From an uncultured Endomicrobiia bacterium (GTDB lineage Bacteria; Elusimicrobiota; Endomicrobiia; DTEH01), in the NCBI GenBank assembly GCA_937936785.1, contig CALDDQ010000006.1, positions 68,739 to 132,738 on the forward strand: a DNA stretch of 64,000 nucleotides, written 5' to 3'. How positions within the stretch are numbered: the stretch's first letter is position 1; each line of letters starts with the position of its first letter. Positions 29,078-42,100 of this stretch are shown here, piece by piece. The position numbers and the translations under genes are program-made. The notes under the pieces were generated by a model. That model ran no database searches and was not told the DNA's origin. It saw only the letters and a program-made list of their open reading frames with translations.

Positions 29078-30517
29078 TTAAATTCTTACACCATCTTTTG
29101 GTACATACTGTTTAGGCAATGTAAACCAAAACGTAGTCCCAACATCAACTTCGCTTTCAACCCAAATTTTTCCTCCATGACCTTCTGTTAACCCTTTTGC
29201 AATTGACAAACCTAAACCAGTCCCTTTTGCACCTTTAACCTTTTTTCTGTGTTCAGAAACCTGTTCAAACTTGCTAAAAATTTTTCCTAAAGATTCCTTT
29301 GGTATTCCTATCCCTGTATCTGCAACACCTATTTGAACATACTCTCCTTTGTCAATATATTTTAATGTAATTTTTCCACCTTCAGGAGTAAATTTAAGTG
29401 CATTACTTAACAAATTTGTTATAATTTGTCCAACCCTATCTTTATCTATCATAAGTTTAGGTGCATCTGGTGGAACTTCGGAAATTAAAGTAATCTTTTT
29501 ATCTTCAGCAACAGATTTCATCAATGTCATAATTTCGTTTGCTGGTTCATACAAACTTACTAATTCAGGTTTTATTTCCATCATACCAGCTTCGATCTTT
29601 GCTAAATCTAAAATATCATTTATAAACCTGCCTAACCGACTTGTGTTATTACTAACTATTGTTAAAAACTCTTTTTGTCTTGGAGAAATTTCACCTGCTC
29701 TACCTTCTAACATTAAGTTAATATAACCTTTTATTGCAGTTAGTGGAGATCTTAGTTCATGTGTGACTGAAGACATAAAATCTTCTTTCATTCTGTCAAG
29801 TTCTTTTAATTTCTGTGCCATTAAATTAAAATCTTTTGCTAATTCGCCAAGTTCATCTTTACTTTTTACATTAATTACAGTATCTAACTTTCCTTCACCA
29901 ATTTTGGCTGCTCCCTGAGCTAGTTTTTTTATTGGATTTGTCATTGTCTGAGCTAAAATAAATGAACCCACTAATCCTAATATCAAAGCTATTGCTGCAA
30001 CAATCAAAATCCTGTCTCTAGTTTTGTTTAACGCAACTAAAACATCCTTGTCAATAACTTCCTGCAAAAGACCTAATCGCACATACCCTACTATATTATT
30101 TTGAATTCTTACTGGCACAGAAATGTCTAAAACTTTTTTATTTTGATTTTCCCAAGAATTTATTGCAACAGAATTTGTATTATAAATTTTATTCCAAACT
30201 TCATCATTAATTTCAACACCCATCTGTTCAAAATTTGTATGAGCATAAACTATTCCAAGAGATGAAATAAACATTGCATACGAAATCTCAGGTTTTTTTT
30301 TGATCAATTTAATATAATTTAATAGCACTAACTCGTCTGAAATAATTATTGATTCTTTCGCAATCTCAGACAACGATTCTGCATCACGAATGCGAGACTC
30401 TTGTTTTTCTTTTATTAATGTTTGTCGTTCAAAAATAAATAACACTACCGCTACTAAAAGTATTACTGTTATAACAAGAGAAACTGCAGTTAGACCAAGT
30501 TTTGTCCTTAATTTCAT
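29078..30517 (-). CDS. sensor histidine kinase (TM - HAMP - HisKA - HATPase_c)
   Basis: H-box 'SSVTHELRSPLTAI', N-box and G-boxes 'GTGLGLSI', and two N-terminal TM segments flanking a periplasmic domain. Confidence 0.85.
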   Translation of the reverse strand: MKLRTKLGLTAVSLVITVILLVAVVLFIFERQTLIKEKQESRIRDAESLSEIAKESIIISDELVLLNYIKLIKKKPEISYAMFISSLGIVYAHTNFEQMGVEINDEVWNKIYNTNSVAINSWENQNKKVLDISVPVRIQNNIVGYVRLGLLQEVIDKDVLVALNKTRDRILIVAAIALILGLVGSFILAQTMTNPIKKLAQGAAKIGEGKLDTVINVKSKDELGELAKDFNLMAQKLKELDRMKEDFMSSVTHELRSPLTAIKGYINLMLEGRAGEISPRQKEFLTIVSNNTSRLGRFINDILDLAKIEAGMMEIKPELVSLYEPANEIMTLMKSVAEDKKITLISEVPPDAPKLMIDKDRVGQIITNLLSNALKFTPEGGKITLKYIDKGEYVQIGVADTGIGIPKESLGKIFSKFEQVSEHRKKVKGAKGTGLGLSIAKGLTEGHGGKIWVESEVDVGTTFWFTLPKQYVPKDGVRI

Positions 30518-30623
30518 TTTTTTACTTTAGATATAGAAATAGCCAAAGAATTGCTAATCAATTTATTTAAACTTATAATTTTTTTAAGAACAAATCAATA
30601 TATAAAAATTAACTTTTTAGACA

Positions 30624-32576
30624 TTATTTTTTAATTTCTTTTTCCAAACGTTCTACTCCTTTTTTTGCACGATCATTTCCTGGATCAAGTTCGGATGATT
30701 TTTTCCACAACTCATACGCTTTTTTCAAATCACCAGAAGTGTAAGCTTTTAGCCCTTCCGTATAAAGTTTTGCTGATTCTTCTTTGTTTAAAACAATTTG
30801 TAGTTCATATTTTTGTTGTGCTTGAGATAATTTTGATGACACATCTTTATAATTTGGTATCAACTCTAACAATTTTTTGAAAAGTTCTACTGATTTTGAA
30901 TAATTTCCTCTATCAAAAAATGCTGTTGCTTCTTGATACATTTTTTCTGCTTGTTTTAATTTTTCTGTCTCTTTTTGTTTCGCTACCATCTCATTTTGTT
31001 TTTGTTTTGATAATGTTAAATATTCTTTTGCTTTTTCATGGTTGGGGTCTATCTCTAAAATATTTTCCATTCGTTGAATAGCTTTTGTATAATTACCTTT
31101 TTCATAAAAATTTATCCCTTCAGTAAAATAAACTGTTATACGTTGTTTAATTGCCTCTTTATGTATGTTATCAATTTTTTGCAAGTAAGATTTTGATTCT
31201 TTATGTTCAGGATTTAGTTTTATTATTATATCAAAGATTTCTCTAGCTTTTAAGATATCTCCTTTATCAAACAAATCTTTCGCTTGATTAAAACTTTCTT
31301 TTATTTCTTTATCAATCTTTTCTTTTAGTTTTTCTTGTTGCACTTGTTTAAACAATTCCTCAATTTTTTTAATTTCAGTTTTTGCTTCAGTATGAGTAGG
31401 ATCAAGTTCTGTTATGTATAACAACTCTCTATATGCATGCAGATATTTCCCTGAACTTATATACAACATAGATTTTTTATATGATTTATCAATTAAATAT
31501 GATACTACACTTATCTTAGATGATGTTACGTTACCAAATTTAATTGTAATATTTGCCTTGTGTGTTTCACCAAATACCACAAACGGTGCAAAAGAATAAT
31601 CAAACCGAAAATTATTAATTCCTATACCAAAACCTATCCTTGGACCTTGGTCAAGATATAACTCTGAAGCAAACTTATATCCTGCACGAATGGCTAATAT
31701 ATTCATTATAAAATATTCTGCCCCAAAACTTATAAAATTTGGATTTAAATTAAAATCTATTCCTGTAGTCAATGGATTCCCAACAATATCTTTTCGATAC
31801 GCAATACCAAATTTTGTATTCAATGGAAATTCTGACATTTCTGTATCAAACTGTAATCCACCAAAATAATTTTGTACAGAAACACCTGTTCTAATACTAC
31901 CATTAAAAAGTTTAGTTTTAGGTATAAATAATAAACCAAAATCTGAAGTTATACCTGACTTTGTTATTTCAGCTAATTTTTTGTTTACTAACTTTGCACT
32001 AATCCCTGCATATAGTCCAGGTTTAAAATCTGGCATATCAATTGTTTCTTTATACCTTGCTATTCTTTGAGAATAAACTAAACTAATTGCCATATCGTTT
32101 GCTATAACTGTCCCTTTAGAAACACCACTAGAATCGTAAGCTTTTATCTCTTCCATACTTAAATAATATATCCCTATCCCAATATTGAAATCATAACTTT
32201 TCTTTCCCTGCCTTTTAAATATAAATGGGAAATTGTATCCACTGGTAAAATAATTTATATTTTCTATATACCTGTTGTAGCCAAAAGATAATTCATACAA
32301 ATCCAGCTGTGCTAATCCTGCAGGATTATAATAAATACTTGTAACATCATCACTTATTGCACAAAATGTTTCTGCTAACCCTGTTGCACGGGCACCAATG
32401 CCTATTTTTAAAAAGTTTGCTGTAGTATTTGAAGAAAAACTTTCCTGAACAAAAAGGTAAAATTGTAGAACAAAAAAAATTTTTGTTATCATTATAAAAA
32501 ATATCTTTATGTAAACATTACTTTTCACTTTAACAACTTTTTTTACCATGAAATATTTTCTATAAACATTTTTCAT
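30624..32576 (-). CDS. PorV/PorQ-like (FadL-like) outer-membrane beta-barrel fused to C-terminal TPR repeats
   Basis: Signal peptide. 'GARATGLAETFCAISDDVTSIYYNPAGL' resembles the N-terminal signature of T9SS PorV/PorQ family barrels. About 350-aa beta-strand-rich region, then about 280 aa of TPR-like helical repeats (KAIQRMENILEIDPNHEKAKEYL and similar). Confidence 0.45.
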   Translation of the reverse strand: MKNVYRKYFMVKKVVKVKSNVYIKIFFIMITKIFFVLQFYLFVQESFSSNTTANFLKIGIGARATGLAETFCAISDDVTSIYYNPAGLAQLDLYELSFGYNRYIENINYFTSGYNFPFIFKRQGKKSYDFNIGIGIYYLSMEEIKAYDSSGVSKGTVIANDMAISLVYSQRIARYKETIDMPDFKPGLYAGISAKLVNKKLAEITKSGITSDFGLLFIPKTKLFNGSIRTGVSVQNYFGGLQFDTEMSEFPLNTKFGIAYRKDIVGNPLTTGIDFNLNPNFISFGAEYFIMNILAIRAGYKFASELYLDQGPRIGFGIGINNFRFDYSFAPFVVFGETHKANITIKFGNVTSSKISVVSYLIDKSYKKSMLYISSGKYLHAYRELLYITELDPTHTEAKTEIKKIEELFKQVQQEKLKEKIDKEIKESFNQAKDLFDKGDILKAREIFDIIIKLNPEHKESKSYLQKIDNIHKEAIKQRITVYFTEGINFYEKGNYTKAIQRMENILEIDPNHEKAKEYLTLSKQKQNEMVAKQKETEKLKQAEKMYQEATAFFDRGNYSKSVELFKKLLELIPNYKDVSSKLSQAQQKYELQIVLNKEESAKLYTEGLKAYTSGDLKKAYELWKKSSELDPGNDRAKKGVERLEKEIKK

Positions 32577-32717
32577 TTATTTATTTCTCCTATTTAATAT
32601 CCTCACCATTTTTTTAACTTATCCTTTGACAAATAATCTATAAACTTTTTTTCACACTCTCTTTTCAATTAACTTTTGTATAAAGTAGGTATGGTCATCT
32701 ACTATTGGTTCTTTCAT

Positions 32718-33089
32718 TTACTTTATTACAATAACTTTCCCTGCTTTACTTTCATTATCCTTCTTTATAATATAAATATAAACATCACTTGAAGGCAAAT
32801 ATTCGCTAAACTTCCACTCCGACTGAAAATCTTTTTTATTATTTCCTTCATAAATAGTTAAAACTTTTTCGCCATTTAATGTGTAGATATCAATAATTGC
32901 ATCTTTTGGTAAATCGGTAAATTTTATACTCTTGTCTTTGTTAAAATAACATGGTACCGGATACACCCAGGAACTTTCAATTCCTGTTTCACAAAATATG
33001 TTTTGTGTCCCAAAATTTATCAAGCATACAATTGTTATTAAAAAAACTGTTTTGGCTGAAACTTTTATTTTGCACATTTTTTTCTCCAT
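32718..33089 (-). CDS. small secreted protein consisting of a signal peptide plus a T9SS C-terminal sorting domain only
   Basis: 'WVYPVPCYF...AIIDIYTLNGEKV...DVYIYIIKKDNESKAGKVIVIK' parallels the giant protein CTD 'YAYPVPYRPN...AVIKIYTINGELI...DVYIYIIENKKNKKTGKLIVVR'. An 18-nt identical DNA stretch (tatataaatataaacatc) is shared. Confidence 0.6.
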   Translation of the reverse strand: MEKKMCKIKVSAKTVFLITIVCLINFGTQNIFCETGIESSWVYPVPCYFNKDKSIKFTDLPKDAIIDIYTLNGEKVLTIYEGNNKKDFQSEWKFSEYLPSSDVYIYIIKKDNESKAGKVIVIK

Positions 33090-33144
33090 TATTAAAAATT
33101 CTATTTTATTTTTTTCTTCAGTATCAAATATCTCATATTTACTA

Positions 33145-36100
33145 TTATCTTACAACAATCAACTTACCTGTTTTTTTATTTTTTTTATTTTCTATTATAT
33201 AAATATAAACATCGCTACCTACATTAACATCTTCCCAAGAAGTTTTGTAATCTTCAATACCATCATCTTGAGGTTCTTTAATTGTTTTTATAAGTTCACC
33301 ATTGATGGTATAAATTTTTATAACTGCTTCTCGGGAAAGGTTTGTAAAAGTAATCTTTTTATGTGAGGAATCAGTATTTGGTCTATATGGCACAGGATAA
33401 GCATATGCATCATCTAACGAATAATCCTCTTCCCCGACAATCATATAAACTGAAAAATGTTGAACATAAACAGATACAGTATTTTCTTCTATATCAACTA
33501 CAGAATCTGGAATCCTTATCCAAACATTGTCTTCTTCGTCTAAATAGTAAATTTTTAATGTTTTTTCTTTAACTTTTTTAGACAGATTGTCTATATAACC
33601 ATCTTGATCATCATCTTTATATGGAATTGTAATCTTAATTTTATTTTTAAAATTTCTTTTTATGACATTTTTGTTTTCATCATATAAAACAAATTCTCGC
33701 ATAGTATTCACAAGAGATGTTTTATCTTCTACCTTTGTTATTTTATCATTTGCAATTTCAATTTTTTGTGGTTTAACATCTACTTGATTAGATTGTGGAT
33801 CTTTGCCTATTATTAAATAAGCATCTTGTGATAAAGTATTTGGATAAATCTCTACTACTGTTTTATCTTCTTCTAAAGCAAATTTGTTTTCCTTCTCATA
33901 ATCCATAATTGTAGTAAAAACAAAATCTATTTTTTGATCAATGGTATTACCAAAAATATCTTTCACACCAGAAGAAATTGTTACTTTATACTTATAATTT
34001 TTATTTAAAACTTCAACAGGAATAAGTTTTATTTCTAAGTTATCTAAAGAAAATACTCTATAATTTACCTCTTGATTAATTTGTTGATTTAAATTATTTT
34101 TTATCTCAAAAATCTTTACTGCATTGGAAATTGTCATTGTATCTATATAATCATCATAATATATTGTTGGAATTATAGTATTAGCAATCCCTGCATCATT
34201 ATTTTGTGGATAATGTGATATTACTGAAGCGACATATTTTGTAACAATTTGCACTGCATCAGAATATTCTGACCAATGACCAATATCATCTTTTGTCCTA
34301 ATCCAAAATTTATATGTTGTTTTTGGTAATAAATCAGATAATATTATACTTGCAGAAACTGACGGACTAAACGATGTTGTAAAATATATCATAAACTCTG
34401 CTGAATTAGCATTTGAAACCATAGATGAACTATATTTAATTTCTACTGCTCCATCAACTACACTCCCTACATATCCATCATCACCAGGATATGTCCAAGT
34501 AAGTTTTATCTGTCCAATTGATGTACCTTTAACTGCAGTTAAATCTTTAACTTTTCCAGGAGGAAAATTATCCTGAGCATAAGTAGATACTGTTGTTGCT
34601 TGAGATAATAAATAATTTAGGTTATAACTCGCTATTCGATAAAAATATGTGGTATCCAAAATCAGGTTTGTATCTATAAAACTTGTATCAATACAAGAAG
34701 ATGTTAATTGAACCCAATAATTTGTATCAGTAGACCGTTCAATTTTATATCCTGCAACACCGCCAATAGGATGTGCCCATTTAAGTTCTATTGCATTGCT
34801 TGACAATGTTTCTAAACTAACATTTTGTGGAGGTAATGAATGTGTTACTACAGTAACTATTTCACTATATTTTGTTTCAATATTATCTTCATTTCTGGCT
34901 TTTACTCTTACATAATATGCAGTATTAGGAATTAAACCAACAACATTTGTACCAACATCTCCTCCCCAAGAAGAATATGTTTGCCAAAACGGTATTAAAG
35001 ACAATGTTCCATCTGTTTGAACACTAACACTTGAACTAAAATTTGAATATGTGCTTACATAAATAATAAACTTTGTATTTTGCGGATTATCATTTGGAGA
35101 AATTTTTAAGTTAAAAGTAGTCGTTGAATATGTGGAAATTATTGGAATATCTGGATCATTAGCTAAAGTATATCTTGACATTGTTACACTACTGCTAAAA
35201 ACTCCATCACCATTAGTATAACGAACAGAATAAGTATATTTTTCATTTGGTGGTAAACCTGCAATCAAAGTTGCGTTGGCAGAGGTATCAACAGAATAAC
35301 CACCTGCTCCCTCTATGCAATCAAAATAATATCTACTTAACTCAGATCTATCATTTCTAAATTTTTCAACTGACATAAAAATTGCTCCTGCAACAAGTTC
35401 TGTATTCATAACAAAATTTTGTGGGACTCTGGTTTTTGTATACTTTCTTAATACTGTTGTATTATATTCGCTCCATATACCATTTACATTCTTATATTTT
35501 ATTCTATACTCATATGAAGTATTTTCCAATAATCCCGTATCTGTAATAACATAACTTCCTGTAGTTATATAAATTTTTCCTGTTGTTACACATTCTATCA
35601 TAACCCCAGCTTGCCCTAAAGTCGCATTATGTAAAGGTTCTGAAGTTCTTATTACTAGAAACGCTGATGATGAAATATCTATATCAACCCATAACTTGTT
35701 ATTTGTTGGATTTGAAATTAAAGTATAGGTGGTTATATCTAAAGTTTGAGAAACTTCTTCCCCAATCACATTTCTTGTTTTAATTATATACCTATAATGT
35801 GAATTTTCATTCAATCCAGTATCCGTATGTGCTGGATCAACAGACCATCCTCTACTATCAGAACCACCACCTTGCGACATTGACAGAAAACTTATCCCTG
35901 ACAAACCTAAATTTAAGTTGTTTAAAACATCTAACAATCTTAATGAAATACTGCTAGTTCCAACATAATCCCAAACTGCTTCCGTAGGATATTTCATTGC
36001 TGTATAAGAAACTATACTTGAAGTTGTTGTCTCTATTCCACCAAAATTTCGCGCTTTAACAAATAATTGATATGAAGTATTATGTAACAGTTCATTATTA

Positions 36101-39100
36101 GTTGACCAATAAGTTGTATTTATCCAGCCAGAAGTTTTTAATTTAGAATACGGTGTTGTCGTAGTCGTCCACACTTCAGCAAAAAATTCGTTTTCGCCAG
36201 AAGATGCTTCCCAACCCCAAATAATACTTTGTGGTGTTGCGGTAAGTTTACAAAGATTTTTTGGTGGAATAGAAGGTGTAATTTTCACACCTAAAAAAAT
36301 TGTTGTTGTTTCTACCAACGACTCATTTCGTGCTTTTACTCTGAAATAATAGGATGTATTTCCTGTTAAACCTAAAATTGTCCAAGTAGTTTTTGCAATC
36401 CAGCCACTATTGGCAAATATAGAACTAAAATTTTCTCCTGTTGTAGAACATTCAACATAATACTTTGTGATTAAAGAATTGTTGTTTGGCCACCATGAAA
36501 CTGTTATAGAATCAATGCTAATATCTAAAAACGGTTCTGTAGGTACAACTGGGACATTGGCAAATGTCCAAATAGTTGTAGTGTTGACAAAATCACTAAA
36601 TTCTCCCTCTGCATTTTTATACCTTATTCTATATTGATATGCAGAATTTGGTAAAAGATTATCATCAATAAATATTCTTTGTGTAGAAGAATTTCCTCCA
36701 CCAGAATCATATATACAAGTCCATTCATAACCAGAATTGCCTATAGTATCATTAGAAAAACTATCAACAGAAAGTTGTACTGATTGGGTAGATAAAACTA
36801 TCACACTAACATTTTTTGGTATATTACATAATGTATATTTATATTTTAATTCACTATATTCACACCATACACCATTAACATTTTTATATCTTGCTTTATA
36901 ATAATAACTCGTATTTTCTAAAAGTTGATTTTCTTGCCATGAATATTGTCCTGTTAAAATTGTAGAACTACCAGTATTTATATTAACAATTTCACATCCG
37001 GTTTGTCCTAAGGATTGGTTCGGTGGTGTAGATAAGTTTACAACTAAAAATGTGGAAGAAGATGCTATTATATTTATTTTTGATAATGTTGGAACTGCAA
37101 TTAGTGTATAGGTAGAAATTTCTGTTGTAAAATTTGTTTCCACATTATCAGCATTACGAGATTTTATTTTATATGAATATGAAGTATTTTCTGTTAAATC
37201 AGTGCAAAAAAATTCTAAACTTTTTTGCCAGAAAGATTCTTTTATTTCTCCACTGCCAGAAGTAACATAAAAATATACTCCTGATTGTCCTGAAGTTATG
37301 TTTGTTAAATTGTTTAATATACGAATACCGATACTACTTGATCCTACAAAATAAATTTCTGAGTCAGTAACAGGTTCTATTGCTGTATATGTTTTTGTAG
37401 ATACAACATTAGTTTCTATATCAAAAACATTTCTTGATTTAAGATTCAAGGTATATTCTGTATTTGGTAACAAATTGTATACTGTCCAACTTGTCATTTT
37501 TATCCAACCACTATTTGTTGATGGTTCTATTATATATGAATAAAATTCTTTCTCACTGCCACCAGATGTCCAATTCCAAGTTATTGTGTTTAATGTTATT
37601 GATGAGCTTAAAACTATTATTGGCACATTTGATAATGTAGCTGTTGTGCCTAAAATATAGTACGGTTCTGTCTCTGGAGTTGAAATGTTGTTATTATTTA
37701 TTGCACGAATTCTAAAATAATATGATGTGTTAGAAACAAGCCCATTAAAAATATAGTTCGTGTTTATGGTTAAAGAACTTGTTATTATAGAATTAAAATT
37801 AGAAGTAGAAGATGTTTCTATAAAATATTTTGTCCAAATTGGATTAAAATTGTTTGACCAACTGACTTTGATTGTGTGCGTTGAAAGTTCTGAAAATAAA
37901 TTTTCTACACTTACAGGAGAATTACACAAAGTAGATGTAGCGTTGAATAAGACAAAATCTGTTGTTACATTTTCATAATTAATTGCACTTATACGAAAAT
38001 AATATGTAGTATTTGGAAATAAATTAGTAAATATTGCTTTTAAATTTGTCGTTGTAGAAGAATTTAATATTGGTAGAAAGTTTATATTTGTTGATATTTG
38101 GACAAAATATTTTGTCCCTTGAGGGTTCTGAGGTAATGATGATGTCCAAACAGAGTGTATGGCAGAAGAAGTTATTGTTTCATATCCTTCAACAACAGGA
38201 TTTGAACACAAGGTAACTTTGGTCCCTAAATAAATTTCTTTTGTAGGAACATTTTTATGATTGATTGCTTTTACTTTGAAATAATATGTTGTATTCGGCA
38301 ACAGATTGTCAAATATAGCATATAAATTGTACGTTTGTGAAGAAGTTATAATATTTTCAAAATTATCTTGTGAAATTTCACACAAATATTTTGTTTTGTT
38401 TGGCGGATTACCGTTATTACTCCAATTTGCTTGTATTGACGAAATAAAAATGTTGCTAAAAGATGCTGTTGAAGGTTCTATACATAAAGTTACCGTTGTT
38501 CCTATAGCACCCCACAAACTTATGTTACCTTTAGTATCTTTAAACTTTTGTGAGAAATAATATGTTGTATTATACAAAAGTTCTGTTACATAAAAAGTAG
38601 GATTTTCACTACTAACCCATATCAGATCTATCCAGTTAATTCCATCAGTACTTTTTCTCACCTGCCATTGCCATAGACCTACTCCTATTTCTGTAACTGA
38701 AGATTGGAAAACATTAATTGAACTTATTAAAACTTCTGAAAAAGATGTTATTCCTATATTGTAAGGTGCAATTTTATCTATCACAAATTGTTCACTTAAA
38801 ACACTTAGTATAAAATTACCGTCTGTTAATGTTATACTTGTATGTACTGTATTGTAATAGTTACTGTCTAATTCTAATGTGTCAAATAAAAAAGTTATTT
38901 TGTTTTCTTGGTTGGAAATATTTGTTAATATTTGTTTATTTTCACTTTCACCAATCTGATATTCTAAACCATCAATGCTTAAAATACCATCTGAATCATA
39001 ATATGAAGCAGTGGCTGTGGATATTACACACTTGTTCCATACACTTAAATCTGTTGTTGTAGTATAACTTACCATTAACTTACATTTGTCTGAATTTTCA

Positions 39101-42100
39101 TCATTAATTTCAACTTGAACTGTTATTTTTCCACTACCGTCAGTTGTTTGAGTTGGTAAAGAAATATAATTTACTGTAGGGGCTACATTTGAAACAAAAG
39201 CAAGAAATGTTGTTGTACTGAAATTTGTATCAATATAGTTACCATATTCATCTTTCACTGTTGGAGGTGTGGTAGTAATTTTTATTGTATAGGTACTTTG
39301 TTGCAAATGTTCCTCTTGAGTATAAATCCTAAATGTGTTCCCGCTTATATAAGTAATACTCGTTATGGTTAAAATAATTTCAGGTGAACTACTCATATAA
39401 ACAGAATAATATGTTGTGTTAGTAGAAACATTTATATTCATCATTTTATCAAAAGAAAAGTTTGCACTGTTTGTACTAACTGCATTTGAAACAGATAAAA
39501 GTTTTGGCGAAGTACCACTATAGTTTATAACAAAAGTCGTAATATCAACAGAATAAACATTTCTATAATTTGCAGAACGAACTTTGAAATACCAAAATCC
39601 ATCACTATCTGCTTGTTTAATAATTTCTGTCCCATCCCAAAATGTTGTTGGAATTGCATTAATATCTGTTCCCCAATAATAGTAATAATGACTTGCAATC
39701 GCTTTAACACTAAAAGTTGCTATCCGACCTTCGTAACCACATTTTGCACTTGACGCTGTACTAGAAACAAAAATGCCTGAATAAAAAATTTTAGGTTCTG
39801 TTGGCAACGTGCACGTTGAACCAAAAAATGTTAGCTCACTTTCTATAAACTCTTCATTTTGTGACTTTCCTATAAAATAATACGTCGTATTAGCATCTAA
39901 TTTTGTAAATAAATAATTGTTGCTATTTGTCCAATTAGAAGTTTCACTAAATATAGTAAAATTTATGTCAGTAGAAACCGATACAAAATATTTTGTATAT
40001 AACGGATTTTGATTGTTAGACCAATTTAATATTATAGTGTAAGTAGAGATGTTTGTAAAACTGTTAAAAATGGGAATATTGGCTAAAGTAAATCTTGCCG
40101 TAGTTTCAGAAATTAAACTTTCTACTAAATCATTATATGCTACAACATATCTATAATAAGATGTGTTTGGAACAAGATTTTTTTCATTATAATATGTTGT
40201 ATTAAAACTTATATCTGCCAATATTCCACCAGTTGAACTTTTTAGTTTATACCCTATTTCTGCTAAAGAATTATCTTTCCATGCCCATTGAATTGAACCT
40301 GTGGTAATATTTACTGCTATAAATCCAGTTGGCGGATTAAATAATGTCTTGGTATAAATTGCTGTTGAAAGTTCTGATTCCAGCGGTGAACTAAAATATC
40401 CAAAACCTATGTCACCTAAATCTGTTGCTATAAGTTTGAAATAATACGTCACACCTGCAATAAGGTTTGTAACTACGGTATTACTACTCGGATGAAAAAC
40501 TGTTTTTGTTGAAACAAAATTGTCAGTCTTGGATTCAAAATTATATGTTGCATAATAAATGTTATATTTACTTCTATCATCAAAATATTCTGGTGGGTGA
40601 GGATTTGTCCATTCCAAAAATATATCTGTTTCACCAAGTGTAAACGCAGTAAGGTTTGTTGGGACAGATAATGGTAAATCTGCAGCAAATGTTGACACAG
40701 TATCTGACCATACGGACCAGTTTGGTCTTTCATCTGAAGCACGAATTTTAATATAAAAAGTTGTTCCTGGAAATAATCCTGTTAACGAAAAAGTTTGTTT
40801 CTCTGCTTGAATATATGAAGTAGTTAATATCACAAAATCAGATGGGATAAAATCTGTGCTTGTTGAATACTGTATCTGCCACCTTCCAAAAGAAACATTC
40901 CCTGTATAATTATTATCTCCTGGAGCAGTCCAGATAAGAATTATTTCGCTATCAACATTTCCTGTGTTTGCACTAAATCCGGTAATTTTTCCTGGCGGGA
41001 TATAATCATCTCGCGAGCACGTCGAAATTATAACACTAAATTCGGCCCAATTCGGAACTTCGTCTGCCATACGAACTTTTATGTAATATGAAGTATTATT
41101 AATCAATCCAGTTAAAACTATACTTTGAGAAGAATGTAGTATTGTATCCGTAGAACGAATTATCTTGTCGTATATAGAAAAACTACCATCAGTAGAAAAC
41201 TGTATTTCATATTTTCCTCCAACAATATTTCCATAATAATTATCATCACCAGGAGCAATCCAACTAAAAATTATTTCGCCTTCATTTGCTCCAGTTAATG
41301 CAGATAGATGATTTACTATACCTGGCGATTGGTTTGGACAAATCTGTTGCACTATTGACCAACTTGAAGTTCTAAGACCAGAATCAATTGTTTTCACCCA
41401 CCAATAATATGTTGTATTTTCTATTATATTTTTTAATATATGATTTTTCTCACTTCCAGTTCTTACAAAATTTCCCATTAATGGACTACCAAATGAACCA
41501 GAAACAATTATTGAATCTGTTGGCAATATACTTGTGGTAATATGTATGTTATAATATAACCCTGAAATTCCTGTTTCCGTATCAGAAAATCCACTAAATC
41601 TTAAATTTAGTTTTCCGCTATCAAACCATGACAAAAACAATGTTGGAACCGTTGGAGAAAAGTTAGAATTAGAAAATTCTGCTTCTAAAGATTTATAAAC
41701 ATAGTTTTTTTGGCCATAATTACCAAATACAATATCTAAATCTCCATCATTGTCTACATCACCCCATTCTGAAGTTCGTGTAGATTCTAATTTAACAGAT
41801 TCCCAAGATAAATTAAAATTGTTAAAAAAATTATTATATCTATATATTCTATTTTTACCATCGTTAGATATTAATTGATCCAAATATCCATCATTATCAT
41901 AATCTCCCCAAGAAACTTTATATGTGTTATCCACATCTAAAGATTCCCAAAAAAAATAAAAATCTGTTCCATTATTATTTTTGTATACCTGATTTTTTCC
42001 TAAATTGCCAACTAAAATGTCTAAATAACCGTCATTATCGTAGTCTCCCCACGCTACACTACTTGGGTCTGTACTAATTCCAATTAAAGATTTTTCTTGA

